Source: an uncultured Actinomycetes bacterium (GTDB lineage: Bacteria > Actinomycetota > UBA4738 > HRBIN12). Taken from it: 64,000 bases of DNA. The translations under genes were made by a program, and so were the position numbers. A model generated the notes under the pieces. It was not told where the DNA came from, searched no databases, and saw only the letters and a program-made list of their open reading frames with translations. Below are positions 1 through 11,741 of this stretch, one piece after another; within the stretch, counting starts at the first letter, position 1; each line of letters opens with the position of its first letter. The stretch is from the NCBI GenBank assembly GCA_963751665.1, contig CAVVVF010000001.1:18652-82651 (forward strand), written 5' to 3'.

Positions 1-296
1 TCCAGGCGTGGTCGGAGAGGCCGGTCAGGTCGGCATGGGTCACCAGCGAGCCGTCGGGCTCCCTGCGCAGGAGAAGCCCATCGCTCCCGAGACGATCAGC
101 AGGCGCCCATCGGGCAGCCAGTCGATGCAGAATCGGAAACGACTGGCACGCGGACGATGACCTCGCTCTTGCCCTCGAGATCGACGGCGATGACCTCTTG
201 CGCGCCCCAGTCGGAGAACCAGAGACGGCCCTCGTGCCAACGCGGCGACTCGCCGAACGCGAGACCGGTCATCAGGGTTTGCAGCTCAGGCACGAG
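1..296 (-). pseudogene. SMP-30/gluconolactonase/LRE-like protein, N-terminal part, runs off window, apparent frameshift
   Basis: Translation MTGLAFGESPRWHEGRLWFSDWGAQEVIAVDLEGKSEV and, in another frame, WLPDGRLLIVSGAMG are typical SGL beta-propeller motifs; two reading frames needed. Confidence 0.4.
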
Positions 297-893
297 GGGC
301 CTCTCCTGCTGGCTGGTAGGTGAACTGGAATCAGGACGCCCGTGCCTGTCGTCGTGGAGTCGACGAGCCTCAGCGCGGTCGTCGCGCTCCCGTCCCTGAA
401 GAGACGCCGCCCGCTCCCCAGCACGATGGGGTGGACCATGAGCCGATACACGTCGACGAGGTCGTGCTCCATCAGCGTCTGGGCGAGATCGCCGCTGCCG
501 ATCACCTGGAGGTCCTTTCCGGGCTGCGCCTTCAGCTTGGCGATCCCTTCGGCGACATCGCCCTTGATCAGATGCGAGTTGTTCCACTCGAGGGGCTCCT
601 TCAGGGCTCTTCGAAACGACGTACTTGGGGAGGCTGTTGATCGTCTCGGCCAACGGGTCATGGGCCGCTGGAGCGGACGGCCAGAACGCCGCGAAGATCT
701 CGTAGGTCTTTCGCCCCAGAAGGAAACCGTCCGACGCGGCCATCCCCTCGAAGATGGCCTTTCCCGCGGCGTCGTCGAAGTACGGCCCCTGCCACCCACC
801 GTGCTCGAAGCCCCCACTCGGGTCCTCGTCCGCCCCTCCCGGGGCCTGCATGACCCCATCCAGCGTCAGGAACTCACTCACGATCACCCTCAT
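272..893 (-). pseudogene. dihydrofolate reductase-like (RibD C-terminal domain family) protein, frameshifted near 600
   Basis: N-terminal MRVIVSEFLTLDGVMQAPGG...GRKTYEIFAAFWP in one frame and C-terminal LQVIGSGDLAQTLMEHDLVDVYRLMVHPIVLGSGRRLF in another frame; both halves are RibD_C/DHFR-like. Confidence 0.55.
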
Positions 894-1571
894 CGCGACC
901 TCCTTCTCCTCCTGTCTCGGAGCTCTCACCTACCAGACGACGCGCCGCCGCCGAACTCATCGGTCGCTCGATGAGTTTGGCCGGGCCAACCGGTCTGTCT
1001 TGGAAAGAAGGATGGAAGGAGAGGCGCGGTTGGCCGGTCCCGAGGAGCCGCCGACGACATCGGTGCGTGGGGTGCGGACGCCTCCCGAGGCGAACGCCAT
1101 CCATGTGGTCATCAGCGGCCCGATGACCGGCGCAGCCATCGCGGGGCTCTGCGAACGCGTCCGGAGTGGCGCTGGAGGGCAGCGGCGCCGATCTGGTCGT
1201 ATGCGACGTCGGGGCGCTGGGCGACCCGGACGCCGTCACGATCGAGGCGCTGGCCCGGCTCCAGCTGACCGCGCTGAGGCTCGGGTGTCGCATCCGTGCT
1301 GCGCGACACGAGTGGCGAACTCCAGGAACTGCTCGCCCTGGTCGGGCTGGGCGACGTCGTCCCGCTCTGCGCGCCGGTTAGGCGCTCAGGCGTCGAGCCG
1401 GGCGGCAGCCCGAAGAGCGGGAACAGGGCTGCGGTGTCGAGGAAGAAGCTGATGCCGGCGATCCGACCGTCTGAGACCTCGAGCACCTGCAGCGCCCACG
1501 GCTCGTGCCCGCCGTGCGGGCGCTCGGCTTGTACTGCCCGAACGCGGGCGAGCCGTTCGCCACGGTCGGCA

Positions 1572-2380
1572 TCAGGCGCGAGCCGCGGCAGCCGATACCC
1601 GGGCCCGAGGCACCACGCGGCGGATGTCGTCGTGGGTCTGCAGCCACAGCGCGTAGGGCGGCATCGACCACGTGGCGTCCTCGCGCAGCAGCGACGTGAG
1701 CGAGTCCATGTCGTAGCGCTCGAAGGCGTCGACGTAGCGGGCGAGGAGCGCCCGCTGCTCGTCGTCCATCGGATCGCAGCGGCTCGGCGTCGTCGATCGT
1801 CGGCGGCCTCGAGGGTCGCGCGGGCGCGCTGCAGCGCGCTGTTGACCGAGGCGACGGACGTGTCGAGCAGCTCGGCGACCTCGGCGGCCTTCCAGCCGCA
1901 GCACCTCGCGCAGGATCAGCACCGCGCGCTGCCGCGGCGGCAGGTGCTGCAGCGCGGCGACGAAGGCGAGGCGGATCGACTCGCGCGCCCGGCCACCTCG
2001 GCGGGGTCGCCGCCCGGTCGGCACGACCGACCGTCGGGGATCGGCAGGATCCACGTCGCCTCGGGCAAGCGGCTCGCCGAGGCGGCGTCTCGGCCGCTTC
2101 GCGGGCCCGAGATCCATCGGCCGCGCCCGGCGCTCCTTCCCGCTCAGCATGTCGAGGCACACGTTGGTCGCGATGCGGTAGAGCCACGAGCGCAGCGCCG
2201 AGCGGCCCTCGAACGCGCTCGAAGCCCCGCCAGGCCCGCAGCATCGTCTCCTGCACGGCGTCCTCGGCCTCGAACGCCGGAGCCGAGCATCCGGTAGCCG
2301 TAGGCGGTCAGCTCGAGGCGATGCTGCTCCAGCCGGAGCTCCAGCTCCTCGGACCCGCGCGTCTTCGTGCTCTGAGCTAC
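1572..2380 (-). pseudogene. ECF sigma-70 factor with C-terminal SnoaL-like domain (SigJ-type), at least 2 frameshifts
   Basis: Region 2 (YGYRMLGS, QETMLRAWRGFE), region 4 (LPPRQRAVLILREVL) and SnoaL-like tail (LLARYVDAFERYDMDSLTSLLREDATW) found in three different frames of the minus strand. Confidence 0.55.
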
Positions 2381-2565
2381 GTCGTTCTCTCCGCCGCCAG
2401 CTCGGTCAACCCCGGTCGCTCCTCTCCGCCCAACCAGCCAACACTCTACGACGGTCGCCGGACGAGGAACTCATCGGGCACGACCGATGAGTCGTGCGGC
2501 GCTTCACCGTCCAAACAGGAATGATGGGAAGAGCGCCCGCGAGCGATTCGGCGGGAGGAGGAAAC

Positions 2566-3200
2566 GGATGGCTGAGGGACGGGTCCTCGTGGACATCTCG
2601 ATGTCTTTGGGATGGTTTCATCGCCGGGCCGAACGACAGCCCCGAACTGGGCCTGGGCGAAGGGGGGGAGCAGCTCCATCAATGGCTCTACGGCCTGGAG
2701 AGCTGGCGCAAGCCGCACGGCCTCGCCGGGGGCGGAGGTGAACCAGGAGTCCGAGGTGCTGGCGGAAGCCTCGCGCAACATCGGGGCCGCGGTGATGGGC
2801 CGCCGCATGTTCGACAACGCGGTGGACGCGTGGGGAGAGACCCGCCCTTCCACATGCCGGTGTTCGTGCTGACCCATGAAGCCCGCGAGCCACTGGTCAA
2901 GCAGGGGGGCACGACGTTCATCTTTGTCACGGATGGCATCGAGAGCGCGCTCCGGCAGGCGCAGGGCGGCCGCCGGGTGACAAGGATGTCTCGCTCGCCG
3001 GTGGGGCGAACATCATCCAGCAATACCTGAAGGCGGGGCTCGCTCGACGAGGTGCAACTCCACCTGGTCCCCATCCTGCTCGGTGGCGGCATGCGGCTGT
3101 TCGAGAACCTGGGCGCGCAGCCCGATCGAACTGCAAAAGACGAGGGTGATCGAATCCCCCGGTGTCACCCATCTACGGTTCCACGTCGTCAAGTAGATGG
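2566..3200 (+). pseudogene. second dihydrofolate reductase-like (RibD_C family) protein, multiply frameshifted
   Basis: MAEGRVLVDISMSL-DGFIAGPNDSPE..., ...GRRMFDNAVDAWGE..HMPVFVLTHEAREPL..., ...QLHLVPILLGGGMRLFENLG spread over three frames. Confidence 0.45.
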
Positions 3201-3343
3201 CGGCGAGGCGCAGAGTCGAACGGAGGTTCCGATGGGAAACGTGATCGTCTCGATGTTCCTGACGCTGGATTCGAGGATGCCGATCTGACGGGTGCCCGAC
3301 GCGGGACCGATGAGTTTTCCGGGCGATCCGGGGGTCGAAGCAG

Positions 3344-4777
3344 ATGACCACTACCCAAAAGGAGCTCCTCATGAAGTCCTCGCCTTCCCAGCCCACGACC
3401 ATCTCGATCCCGCAGCTCCGCGCCGCCCTCAACGGCCGGGTGATCGCGCCGGACGACGCCGGGTACGACGAGGCGCGCACCGTCTTCTACGGCGGGATCG
3501 ACCGCCGGCCGGCGGTCATCGTCCGGGTCGCGGACGCGGCCGACGTCGCGCGCGTCGTCTCGCTCGCGCGCGAGACCGGGCTGGAGCTCGCCGTCCGCAG
3601 CGGCGGCCACAGCGTCGCCGGCCACAGCGTCACCGACGGCGGGATCGTGCTCGACCTCGCGCGACATGCGGGCGCTGGAGATCGACGCCGAACGGACGCA
3701 CCGCCTGGGCCGAGACGGGCCTGACCGCCGGCGAGTACACGACCGCGGCGGCGGCCCACGGCCTCGCCACCGGCTTCGGCGACACCGGCTCGGTCGGGAT
3801 CGGCGGGCATCACGCTGGGCGGCGGCGTCGGCTACCTCGTCCGCAAGCACGGCCTCACGATCGACGACCTGCTGGCCGCCGACATCGTGACCGCGGACGG
3901 CCAGCTCCTGCGCGTGGACGCCGAGACGCACCCGGACCTCTTCTGGGCGATCCGCGGCGGCGGCGGCAACTTCGGCGTCGCGACCCGCTTCCAGTTCCGG
4001 CTGCACGAGGTCGACACGGTCGTGGGCGGGATGCTGATCCTGCCGGCGACGCCCGACGTCATCGCCGCGCTTCATCGCCGAGGCGGAGGCCGCGCCGGAG
4101 GAGCTGTCGACCATCGCCAACGTCATGCCCGCGCCGCCGATGCCGTTCCTGCCCGCGGAGCATCACGGCCAGCTGGTCGTCATGGCCATGCTGGTCTACG
4201 CCGGCGACGGTCGAGGCCGGCGAGCGCGCCGTCGCGCCGTTCCGGGCGCTCGCCACGCCGATCGCCGACATGGTCCGGCCGATGCGCTACCCGGAGATCT
4301 ACCCGCCGGAGGACGACGCGCTACCACCCGACCGCGGTGGCGCGCACGATGTTCGTCGACACGATCGACCGCGACGTGGCCGAGACGATCGTCGAGCACC
4401 TCGAGGCGTCCGACGCGCCGATGCGCGTGGCGCAGCTCCGGGTGCTCGGCGGGGCGATGGCCCGCGTGCCGGCGAGGCCACCGCGTTCGCCCACCGCGCG
4501 AGCCGGATCATGGTGAACGTCGCCGCGTTCTACGAGCGGCCCGAGGACCGAGGCGGTGCGCGAGGCCTGGGTCGACGACTTCGCGGCGGCGCTGCAGCCA
4601 GGGCGACGCCGGCGCGTACGTCAACTTCCTCGGCGACGAGGGCGAGGCGCGGGTCCGCGAGGCCTACCCGGGGCCGACCTGGGACCGGCTGGCGGCGATC
4701 AAGCCCGCTACGACCCGACCAACCTCTTCCGGCTCAACCAGAACATCCCGCCGCTGAACGAGGGTCCCGGGCCGTGA
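3344..4777 (+). pseudogene. FAD-binding oxidoreductase (FAD_binding_4 / berberine-bridge-enzyme-like), about 8 frameshifts
   Basis: Continuous homology to FAD-linked oxidases ([56 protein letters not shown]-terminal BBE-like YVNFLGDEGEARVREAYPGPTWDRLAAIKARYDPTNLFRLNQNIPP) can only be followed by hopping frames roughly every 150-200 bp. Confidence 0.6.
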
Positions 4778-4904
4778 GGGGGCTCCACCCTTCAGGCGCG
4801 GAATGAACGTGGGGCGAGGTGATCGCCCACGGATGATCGGTGACTCGAGGACGGCATCATCGGATAGTCTCTGGCCCACATCACCGAGCTCGGAGTTCGC
4901 GGGG

Positions 4905-5550
4905 ATGGCGTTTCGTGGCTGGCCGGCGGAGGCCCTCGAGTTCTTCGAGGGACTCGAGGCCGACAACTCAAAGACCTATTGGCAGCGGAACAAGGATGTC
5001 TACGAGTCGTTGGTTCGCGCCCCGATGGAGCAGCTGCTGGAAGAGCTCGCGCCCGAGTTTGGCGAGGGCCGGATCTTTCGACCGTATCGGGACATCCGAT
5101 TCAGCTCCGACAAGTCGCCGTACAAGACCAACATCGCAGCGATGATCGGCGAAGGCTACGTTGAACTCACCGCCGATGGATTGGGGGCTGGGATGCGGCA
5201 TGTGGGATATGGCTCCGGACCAGCTCGAGCGCTATCGAGAGGCGGTGACCGAGGATCGGTCCGGTGGCAAACTGGTTGATCTGGTGGCGAAGGCACGGGA
5301 GGCGGGACTGACGATCACTGGCCACGAGGTCCTGAAGTCCGCACCGAAGGGATACCCAAAGGATCATCCCCGGATCGGGCTCCTTCGGTACAAAGGCCTG
5401 ATCACGTGGTGCGAGTGGCCCGCGGCAGCATGGCTGGGGACCCGGCGAGCAAAGGATCGGGTGGCCGAGTTCTTCCGGCTTTCCAGGCCGCTCAACACGT
5501 GGCTGCGGACTAACGTCGGTCCCTCGACCCTTCCCGAGCGGCGGCGATAG
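4905..5550 (+). pseudogene. DUF2461 (TIGR02453) family protein, one frameshift near 5190
   Basis: MAFRGWPAEALEFFEGLEADNSKTYWQRNKDVYE...IFRPYRDIRFSSDKSPYKTN then, in another frame, ...KLVDLVAKAREAGLTITGHEVLKSAPKGYPKDHPRIGLLRYKGL. Confidence 0.5.
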
Positions 5551-5584
5551 TCTCGGCGACCGGCAACGTATGGAAGGAGGCCGC

Positions 5585-5938
5585 ATGAACCTGAACAGCA
5601 TCATGATCGGGTCCGAGGACCCTCGGCGCTTGACCGACTACTACGCCAAGCTCTTCGGCATGCCCGCCTGGGAAGAAGGGGACTTCAAGGGCTGGCAGAT
5701 CGGCTCGGGCTCCGTCTCCGTTGGGCTGCATGATCAGGTGAAAGGCAAGAACACCCACCCGGGCCGAGTGATGTGGAACATCGAGACCGCCGACGTGAAG
5801 GGCGATTTCGAACGGCTCAAGGCCGCCGGAGCGACTGTGGTCCAAGAGCCGTACCAACCGGAAGGGGCGCCCGAGATGCTGGTCGCCACGTTCTCCGACC
5901 CGGACGACAACTATTTCCAGCTCATGAGCCCGATGTAG
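5585..5938 (+). CDS. VOC family (glyoxalase/bleomycin-resistance-like) protein
   Basis: 118 aa ORF with GGAAGGAGG ribosome-binding site 5 bp upstream of ATG; small VOC-fold-like sequence. Confidence 0.55.
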   Translation: MNLNSIMIGSEDPRRLTDYYAKLFGMPAWEEGDFKGWQIGSGSVSVGLHDQVKGKNTHPGRVMWNIETADVKGDFERLKAAGATVVQEPYQPEGAPEMLVATFSDPDDNYFQLMSPM

Positions 5939-5960
5939 CGACCGGCCGATGACCGCCGGG

Positions 5961-7101
5961 CTATCGCCCCGACGGAGGACCCGTCGACCGTCGGAGGACG
6001 AGCTCTCCGGGCAGGACCGATGATCGCTGCGGAGGCTCGCCTCGGATCGACGAGAGGATGGAAGCCATCGCCATCCGGCCCATCTCGCGGCGGGGCTGCC
6101 GGATCGTCGTGAGCGGCGGCTCGCTGAAGGCTGCCATCTCGATGTCGTCGAATCCGATCACCGACAAGACGCCGGGCACTTCGATCCCGTGCGCGTGCAC
6201 GGCTCGGATCACGCCGATCGCGGTGGCGTCGTCGTACGCCACGATCGCGGTCGGGGCGTCGTCGGGCGGCGAAGCCAGGAGATCCTGCGTGGCCTGGAAC
6301 CCGCCCTCGGGGCTCCGAGGCGAGGACACGATCGCTCCGGGCAGGCAGTCCCGCCTCGAGAAGCGCACTGCGGAACCCGAGGACCCGAAGAAGCGATGGC
6401 CGGATCGGCTCGGCGCCGACGAAGGCGATCCGCTCATGCCCGAGCGAGATCAGATGGCGAACGACCTCCTGAGCCGCGCCATAGTCGTCGAACACGATCT
6501 GCGAGAGGGACGCTTCGGTCTCCGTCGCCGCCCGGACGGCCTCGAGGACCCGCTGCGGTGACCCCGTCCGCACGATCGTGACGAACCGCGCCGGGAACGC
6601 AGCGTCCCAGTTGACGATGACTACCGGGACGTCGGGCTCTTCGCCGTAGAACCAGGAGGCCGACTCACCTGCGGCGCCGGCGATGATGATGCCTGCGACG
6701 CGCTGTGCCAGGAACACCTCGATCATCCGCCGCTCGCGCTCCGGCTCCGAGTGCGAGTTCGCGAACAGCACCGAGTAGTTGGCCTCGGAGGCGGCCTCCT
6801 CGATGCCCGCCGCTACTTCGCCCCAGAACGAGTCGACCGACGAGGGGATCAACATCCCGACGGTGCTCGACGTGCGGGTCACGAGCGCGCGGGCGATGTG
6901 ATCCGGGCGGTAGTCCAGCCGCCGTGCAGCCGCTTCGACCTTGCTGCGGGTCTCGTCGCGGACCGCCGGGTGACCTTGGAGCGCGCGGGTCACCGTGGCC
7001 GTCGAAACCCCCGCTGCCTCGGCTACGTCTCGAACCGTCACGCGCGTCCGCCCGGCGGAAGCGCGACTCCGTCGCCGGCACCCTCCAGAACCGTCGTTCA
7101 T
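5961..7101 (-). pseudogene. LacI family transcriptional regulator, one frameshift near 6400
   Basis: N-terminal HTH VTVRDVAEAAGVSTATVTRALQG and periplasmic-binding-like core in one frame; C-terminal part (IVAYDDATAIGVIRAVHAHGIEVPGVLSVIGFDDIEMAAF) in another. Confidence 0.6.
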
Positions 7102-7240
7102 CGCTATGAAAACCATTACATGCGCCGGTGGCGCGGGTCAAAGGGGCCACGACTCTCCGATGGAGCTCCATTGACCGCGGCGATGTCGGTGGTGTAAACG
7201 CTTGCAGGGAACGCCGGACCGCGAGAGGAGCCACGCGCGC

Positions 7241-8134
7241 ATGAAGATCCGCCTCGGCAACGGCCCGGACTCGTGGGGCGTGTGGTTCCCGCAGGATCCG
7301 GACCAGGTCCAGTGGGATCGGTTCCTGACCGACGTGGCCGGCGCCGGCTATCGGTGGATCGAGCTCGGGCCGTACGGCTACCTGCCGACGGACATCGACC
7401 AACTGAGGGGCGAGCTCGCGTCGCGCGATCTGCGTCCGGTCGCCACCTTCATCGAGGCGCCGCTCGAGGATCCGGACAGTGCCGCCGGGATCGAGGAGCG
7501 AGTGGACAAGCTCGGCGAGTGGCTTGCGTCCTTCGGCGGACGGTTCCTCAACGTGATCGACGACGCATACCGCGATCTGAGGACGGGCAGGGCTGTCGCG
7601 CCCGCTACCCTCACCGAGGAATCGTGGCTCCAGCTGGTCGGAACGCTCGATCGCCTTGGACGGCTCGTGCGGGATCGCCACGGGATCGCGCTCACCGTGC
7701 ACCCCCACGTGGACACGCACATCGAGACGACGGAGCAAACCGAGACGATGCTCGCCGACACCGATCCCGAGGCGGTGTTCGTGTGCTTGGACACCGGCCA
7801 CTTCGCGTATCGGGGCGGCGACCCGGTGGACTTCTACCGCAAGCATCGCGATCGGATCCCGTATCTCCACATCAAGAACGTCGACCCGAAGGTCCTTGAG
7901 GTTGTGAACCGGCAGGACCTTCCGTTGGTCGAGGCGGTGAAGATGGAGGTCTTCTGCGAACCGCAGGCGGGCCTCATCGACTTCGTGGGCCTGCGGAGAG
8001 CGCTCGAGGAAACGGGCTTCGACGGCTACCTGATGGTGGAGCAGGATATGTACCAGCCCGACCACGACGCGCCGCTCCCGATCGCGCGGCGCACCCGTGA
8101 GTTCTTGGAGGGTATCGGGCTCGGCGACTCTTGA
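7241..8134 (+). CDS. sugar phosphate isomerase/epimerase, xylose isomerase-like TIM barrel (IolE/inosose dehydratase-like)
   Basis: MKIRLGNGPDSWGVWF...DTGHFAYRGGDPVDFYRKH pattern typical of the AP-endonuclease-2/xylose-isomerase-like TIM barrel family; intact 297 aa ORF. Confidence 0.6.
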   Translation: MKIRLGNGPDSWGVWFPQDPDQVQWDRFLTDVAGAGYRWIELGPYGYLPTDIDQLRGELASRDLRPVATFIEAPLEDPDSAAGIEERVDKLGEWLASFGGRFLNVIDDAYRDLRTGRAVAPATLTEESWLQLVGTLDRLGRLVRDRHGIALTVHPHVDTHIETTEQTETMLADTDPEAVFVCLDTGHFAYRGGDPVDFYRKHRDRIPYLHIKNVDPKVLEVVNRQDLPLVEAVKMEVFCEPQAGLIDFVGLRRALEETGFDGYLMVEQDMYQPDHDAPLPIARRTREFLEGIGLGDS

Positions 8135-8144
8135 GGGGGGATCG

Positions 8145-9290
8145 ATGGAGCAGGTCCGCGCCGCCGTGATGGTCGGTCCCGGCAAGATCGAGATCGAGGA
8201 GTTCCCGCTCCCCGACCCCGAGCCCGGCGCCGTGGTGATGCGTGTGAGTCTCTCGGGCATCTGCGGCACGGACAAGCACACGTTCCGAGGCGAGATATCG
8301 CAGTACTCCGGGACCGACCACGCCCGCGAGATCTCATACCCGCTGATCTGCGGACACGAGAACGTTGGGGTTGTCGCCTCCGTCGGCGGATCGGTGCTGG
8401 ACAGTGCCGGGCGCCCGGTTCGGGTCGGAGATCGGATCGTCCCCGGCGCCAACATCGCCTGCGGCGAGTGCTACTTCTGTCGGAACGGGTTCCGCTACTA
8501 CCTGTGCGAGCGGCTCGAGGATTACGGCAACAGCCTGAGCTGCGCTCGCGCGCCCCACCTGTTCGGGGGCTGGGCCGAGTACATGTATCTGCTCCCGGGA
8601 ACGCGCATCTTCCCCGTGCCCGATGACGTGCCCGACGAAGTCGCCGTGCTCACGGAAGTCATGGCTGTCACGCACGGTCTGGGCAGCGCCGCCTCGACCC
8701 TCCTCTCGTCGGGCGGTCCGGGGTTCGCGCACTCTGTCGCGGTGATCGGCGTCGGACCGCTCGGCCTCTGCCACCTCATCAAGGCGCGGGTCCTGGGAGC
8801 GAGCGAGCTGATCGCGATCGACCGGCTCCCCGGGCGACTCGGCTTCGCGACCGCCTTCGGTGCCACGCTCACGATCGACGCCGGAACCACGACGTTCGAG
8901 GAGCGGCGGCAGGCGGTCTTCGATCGCACGGCTGGTAGGGGGGCCGACGTGGTGGTCGACTGCACCGGGGTTTCGGCGACCTTCCCGGAGGCCCTTCGCC
9001 TCGTGCGCCCCGGTGGTGTGGTCGTCGAGGCGGGGGCGTTCGTCGATGTCGGGACCGTGAACGTGAACCCTGCGGCCGACCTCTGCACGAGGGACGTCAC
9101 GGTGATCGGGGTCGGTGGCGAGCGCGCCGAGGACTATCCCGCTTCCCTCGCCATGATGTCGGCGCACGCCGGTCGGATCCCGTTCGACCGAGCGGTGACC
9201 CACCGAAGCCGGATCGAGGACGCCGCGGATGCGGTGGAGCTCTCGCAGAAACCGGAGGCGATGAAGGTCGTGATCGACCCCGGGCTATAG
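8145..9290 (+). CDS. zinc-dependent alcohol dehydrogenase family (MDR) oxidoreductase
   Basis: GICGTDKH, GHENVGVV, CGECYFCRNG (structural Zn Cys cluster), GVGPLG Rossmann motif. Confidence 0.7.
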   Translation: MEQVRAAVMVGPGKIEIEEFPLPDPEPGAVVMRVSLSGICGTDKHTFRGEISQYSGTDHAREISYPLICGHENVGVVASVGGSVLDSAGRPVRVGDRIVPGANIACGECYFCRNGFRYYLCERLEDYGNSLSCARAPHLFGGWAEYMYLLPGTRIFPVPDDVPDEVAVLTEVMAVTHGLGSAASTLLSSGGPGFAHSVAVIGVGPLGLCHLIKARVLGASELIAIDRLPGRLGFATAFGATLTIDAGTTTFEERRQAVFDRTAGRGADVVVDCTGVSATFPEALRLVRPGGVVVEAGAFVDVGTVNVNPAADLCTRDVTVIGVGGERAEDYPASLAMMSAHAGRIPFDRAVTHRSRIEDAADAVELSQKPEAMKVVIDPGL

Positions 9291-9294
9291 CTGG

Positions 9295-10432
9295 CTAGAT
9301 CCGCACCGACCCCGGGACCGACGTCGGCGCGTCGATCGCGGCACCCGTCCTGTGCGCCTCGACGATCGATCGGCAAAGCGCGATATCCCGGAGCGCGTCG
9401 TCGCCGTTGGTGAGCGGCGCGCGCCCCTCGACGATGCTGGAGTGGAACTCGAGAAGCTCCCTGCGGAACGCCTCGTCGTAGGAGACCAGCTCCTCGACCC
9501 GGCGCGACCCGGCAGGCTCGACCCCGCCTTCCTCGAGCACGAGCATCGTAGGCATGTTCCGGAGGAAGGGGGAGGGGAACGTCAACGTGGCCCGCGCGCT
9601 CGGCGCGAGGAACGTCCAGTCCTGCTCGTAACGCGGCAGCCCGGGCAGGTCGACCCACATCGCGATGCACTCGGTGTCGCCGAATCGAAGGACCGCGCTC
9701 ACGCCCTGTTTTCTGACCGATGCGAACGCGAGTTCGTCCGGCTCGCCGAGCAGCCCCCGCATGGCGTTGAGCTCGTGGATCATGCTGTCCAGCAGGATGT
9801 TGCGGTAGACCGCGCGGACGATGGGGTCGACATCTCCGCCCAGGGCGGACTCGGTCCGCTGGCGGTCGTCCTCGACCAACGCCTCGGTCGTCTCCGTAGG
9901 CACGTCGTCGACCCGGATCAACGGGACATGCGCGACGTACGGCTGCTGCGGGGCCTCGAAGGTGGTGAACCGCACGAGCGGCAGCGGCTGGAGCTGTGGG
10001 AGGATCTCGGCCACCCGTTCGTACGCCGGGTCGAACCGCTTCATGTACCCGACCATCAGCGACACGCTGGCCTTGCTCGCTGCGGCGATCATCTCGAGCC
10101 CCTCAGCGATCGAGAGGCCCATCGGCTTCTCGACGAACACGTGCAGGCCGGCGCGGGCCGCGGCGATCGCGGCGGGCGCATGGCTCCCCGGCGTCAACAC
10201 CATCACGGCGTCCAACGGCTCCGCGAGCAGATCCTCCCATCGGGTGTGCCGCCGCTCGACCCCGTAGGCGTCGGCAACGCCGGTGAGGGTGCCCGGCGAG
10301 ATGTCGCACAGGGCGGTGATCTCGAACTCCTCGGCGAGGTCCCGGAGGTGTGGAAGGTGTTTCAGCCTGGGCGATCAGGCCGCAGCCGATCAGCCCGACG
10401 CGGATACGTTGGGTGGCCACGGCGCGAAGCAT
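9295..10432 (-). pseudogene. Gfo/Idh/MocA family oxidoreductase (inositol 2-dehydrogenase-like), one frameshift near 10340
   Basis: N-terminus MLRAVATQRIRVGLIGCGLIAQ in one frame; remainder (VMVLTPGSHAPAAIAAARAGLHVFVEKPM...) in the long 306 aa ORF. Confidence 0.6.
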
Positions 10433-10604
10433 AGCGGGACGTCCTTCGTGCCACGGTCGTGGCCATCGCTTGATACATGCAGCCACGTCACGTTGCCTTG
10501 ACACCTTCGTGCACGACGGCTAGCGTCGCTCCCCGGGACTCCATGAAAGCGCTTACACCCGCCGGTGCGGTGGCACGGCCATCCCGCTCGCCGAGGCTCG
10601 ACCG

Positions 10605-11741
10605 TTGAGGGAACCGAGCGCCAGCAGCGTCGAGTTCCGATCCGTGGAGAAGCGGTTTGGCACCGTGCAGGTGCTGAACGACTTCTCGCTGGAGATCCCC
10701 GAGGGTGCGTTCCTGGTCGTCCTGGGTCCGTCCGGGTGTGGCAAGACGACCGCGCTGCGCATCCTGGCCGGCCTCGAGCCGCCGAGCGGAGGCCGTGTGC
10801 TGATCGGCGGCGACGACGTGACCGACCTCCCGCCGCGCCGCCGGAACGTGGCGATGGTGTTCCAGAGCTACGCGCTGTATCCGCACATGAACATCGAGGA
10901 GAACATCGGGTACCCGCTCAAGATCCGCAACGTCCCCAAGCCCGAGCGCCACGCTGCCGTCATGCAGGTGGCGGAGCTCGTGGGGATCCCCCACCTGCTC
11001 GACCGGCGGCCGCGACAGCTCTCGGGCGGCCAGCGGCAGCGGGTCGCGCTCGCGCGGGCGATGGTGCGCAATCCGTCGTGCTTCCTGATGGACGAGCCGC
11101 TCTCCAATCTCGACGCGAAGCTGCGGACATCGATGCGGGGCGAGCTGAAGCGGCTCCAGAAAGAGCTGGGCACGACGACGCTCTATGTGACGCACGACCA
11201 GGCCGAAGCCACGACCATGGCCGATCTGATCGCGGTCATCGACAACGGCGACCTGCAGCAGATCGCGACGCCCAACGAGATCTACGACCGCCCCGCGAAC
11301 CGGTTCGTCGCGACCTTCGTGGGCAATCCGGCGCTCTCGCTCGTGCCGGGACGGATGGACCGCGTCGCCGGACGGTTCGTGAGCGATCTCGGCGCGGTTC
11401 GGCTATCGGAACGGACGCTGTCCGCCTCGGCGGACGCGGCCGTCGAGCAGATGGGGGTGAGGCCCGAGGACCTACGGTTGACATCGCCCGAAGAAGAGGG
11501 CGTGCTGCGGGGACAGGTATACGTCGTGGAGCCGATGGGCCACGAGACGATCGTCGAGGTCCAGGCGGGGGACGTGCATCTGGTCGTGCTGGCCCCTCGC
11601 GATTGGCGGGGCGCATTCGGCCAATCCGTGGGCATCCGCGTCGACGACCGGACGGCGTGCTTCTTCGACGCGGAGGGCAGAACGACGATCCAACGCAGTG
11701 ACCGCGGCGGACGGGCCGATCAGGAGGAGGTCGCGATATGA
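10605..11741 (+). CDS. ABC transporter ATP-binding protein, sugar-import MalK/UgpC/MsmK type
   Basis: Walker A GPSGCGKTT, signature LSGGQRQRVALARA, Walker B FLMDEPLSNLD, C-terminal TOBE-like regulatory domain. Confidence 0.8.
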   Translation: MREPSASSVEFRSVEKRFGTVQVLNDFSLEIPEGAFLVVLGPSGCGKTTALRILAGLEPPSGGRVLIGGDDVTDLPPRRRNVAMVFQSYALYPHMNIEENIGYPLKIRNVPKPERHAAVMQVAELVGIPHLLDRRPRQLSGGQRQRVALARAMVRNPSCFLMDEPLSNLDAKLRTSMRGELKRLQKELGTTTLYVTHDQAEATTMADLIAVIDNGDLQQIATPNEIYDRPANRFVATFVGNPALSLVPGRMDRVAGRFVSDLGAVRLSERTLSASADAAVEQMGVRPEDLRLTSPEEEGVLRGQVYVVEPMGHETIVEVQAGDVHLVVLAPRDWRGAFGQSVGIRVDDRTACFFDAEGRTTIQRSDRGGRADQEEVAI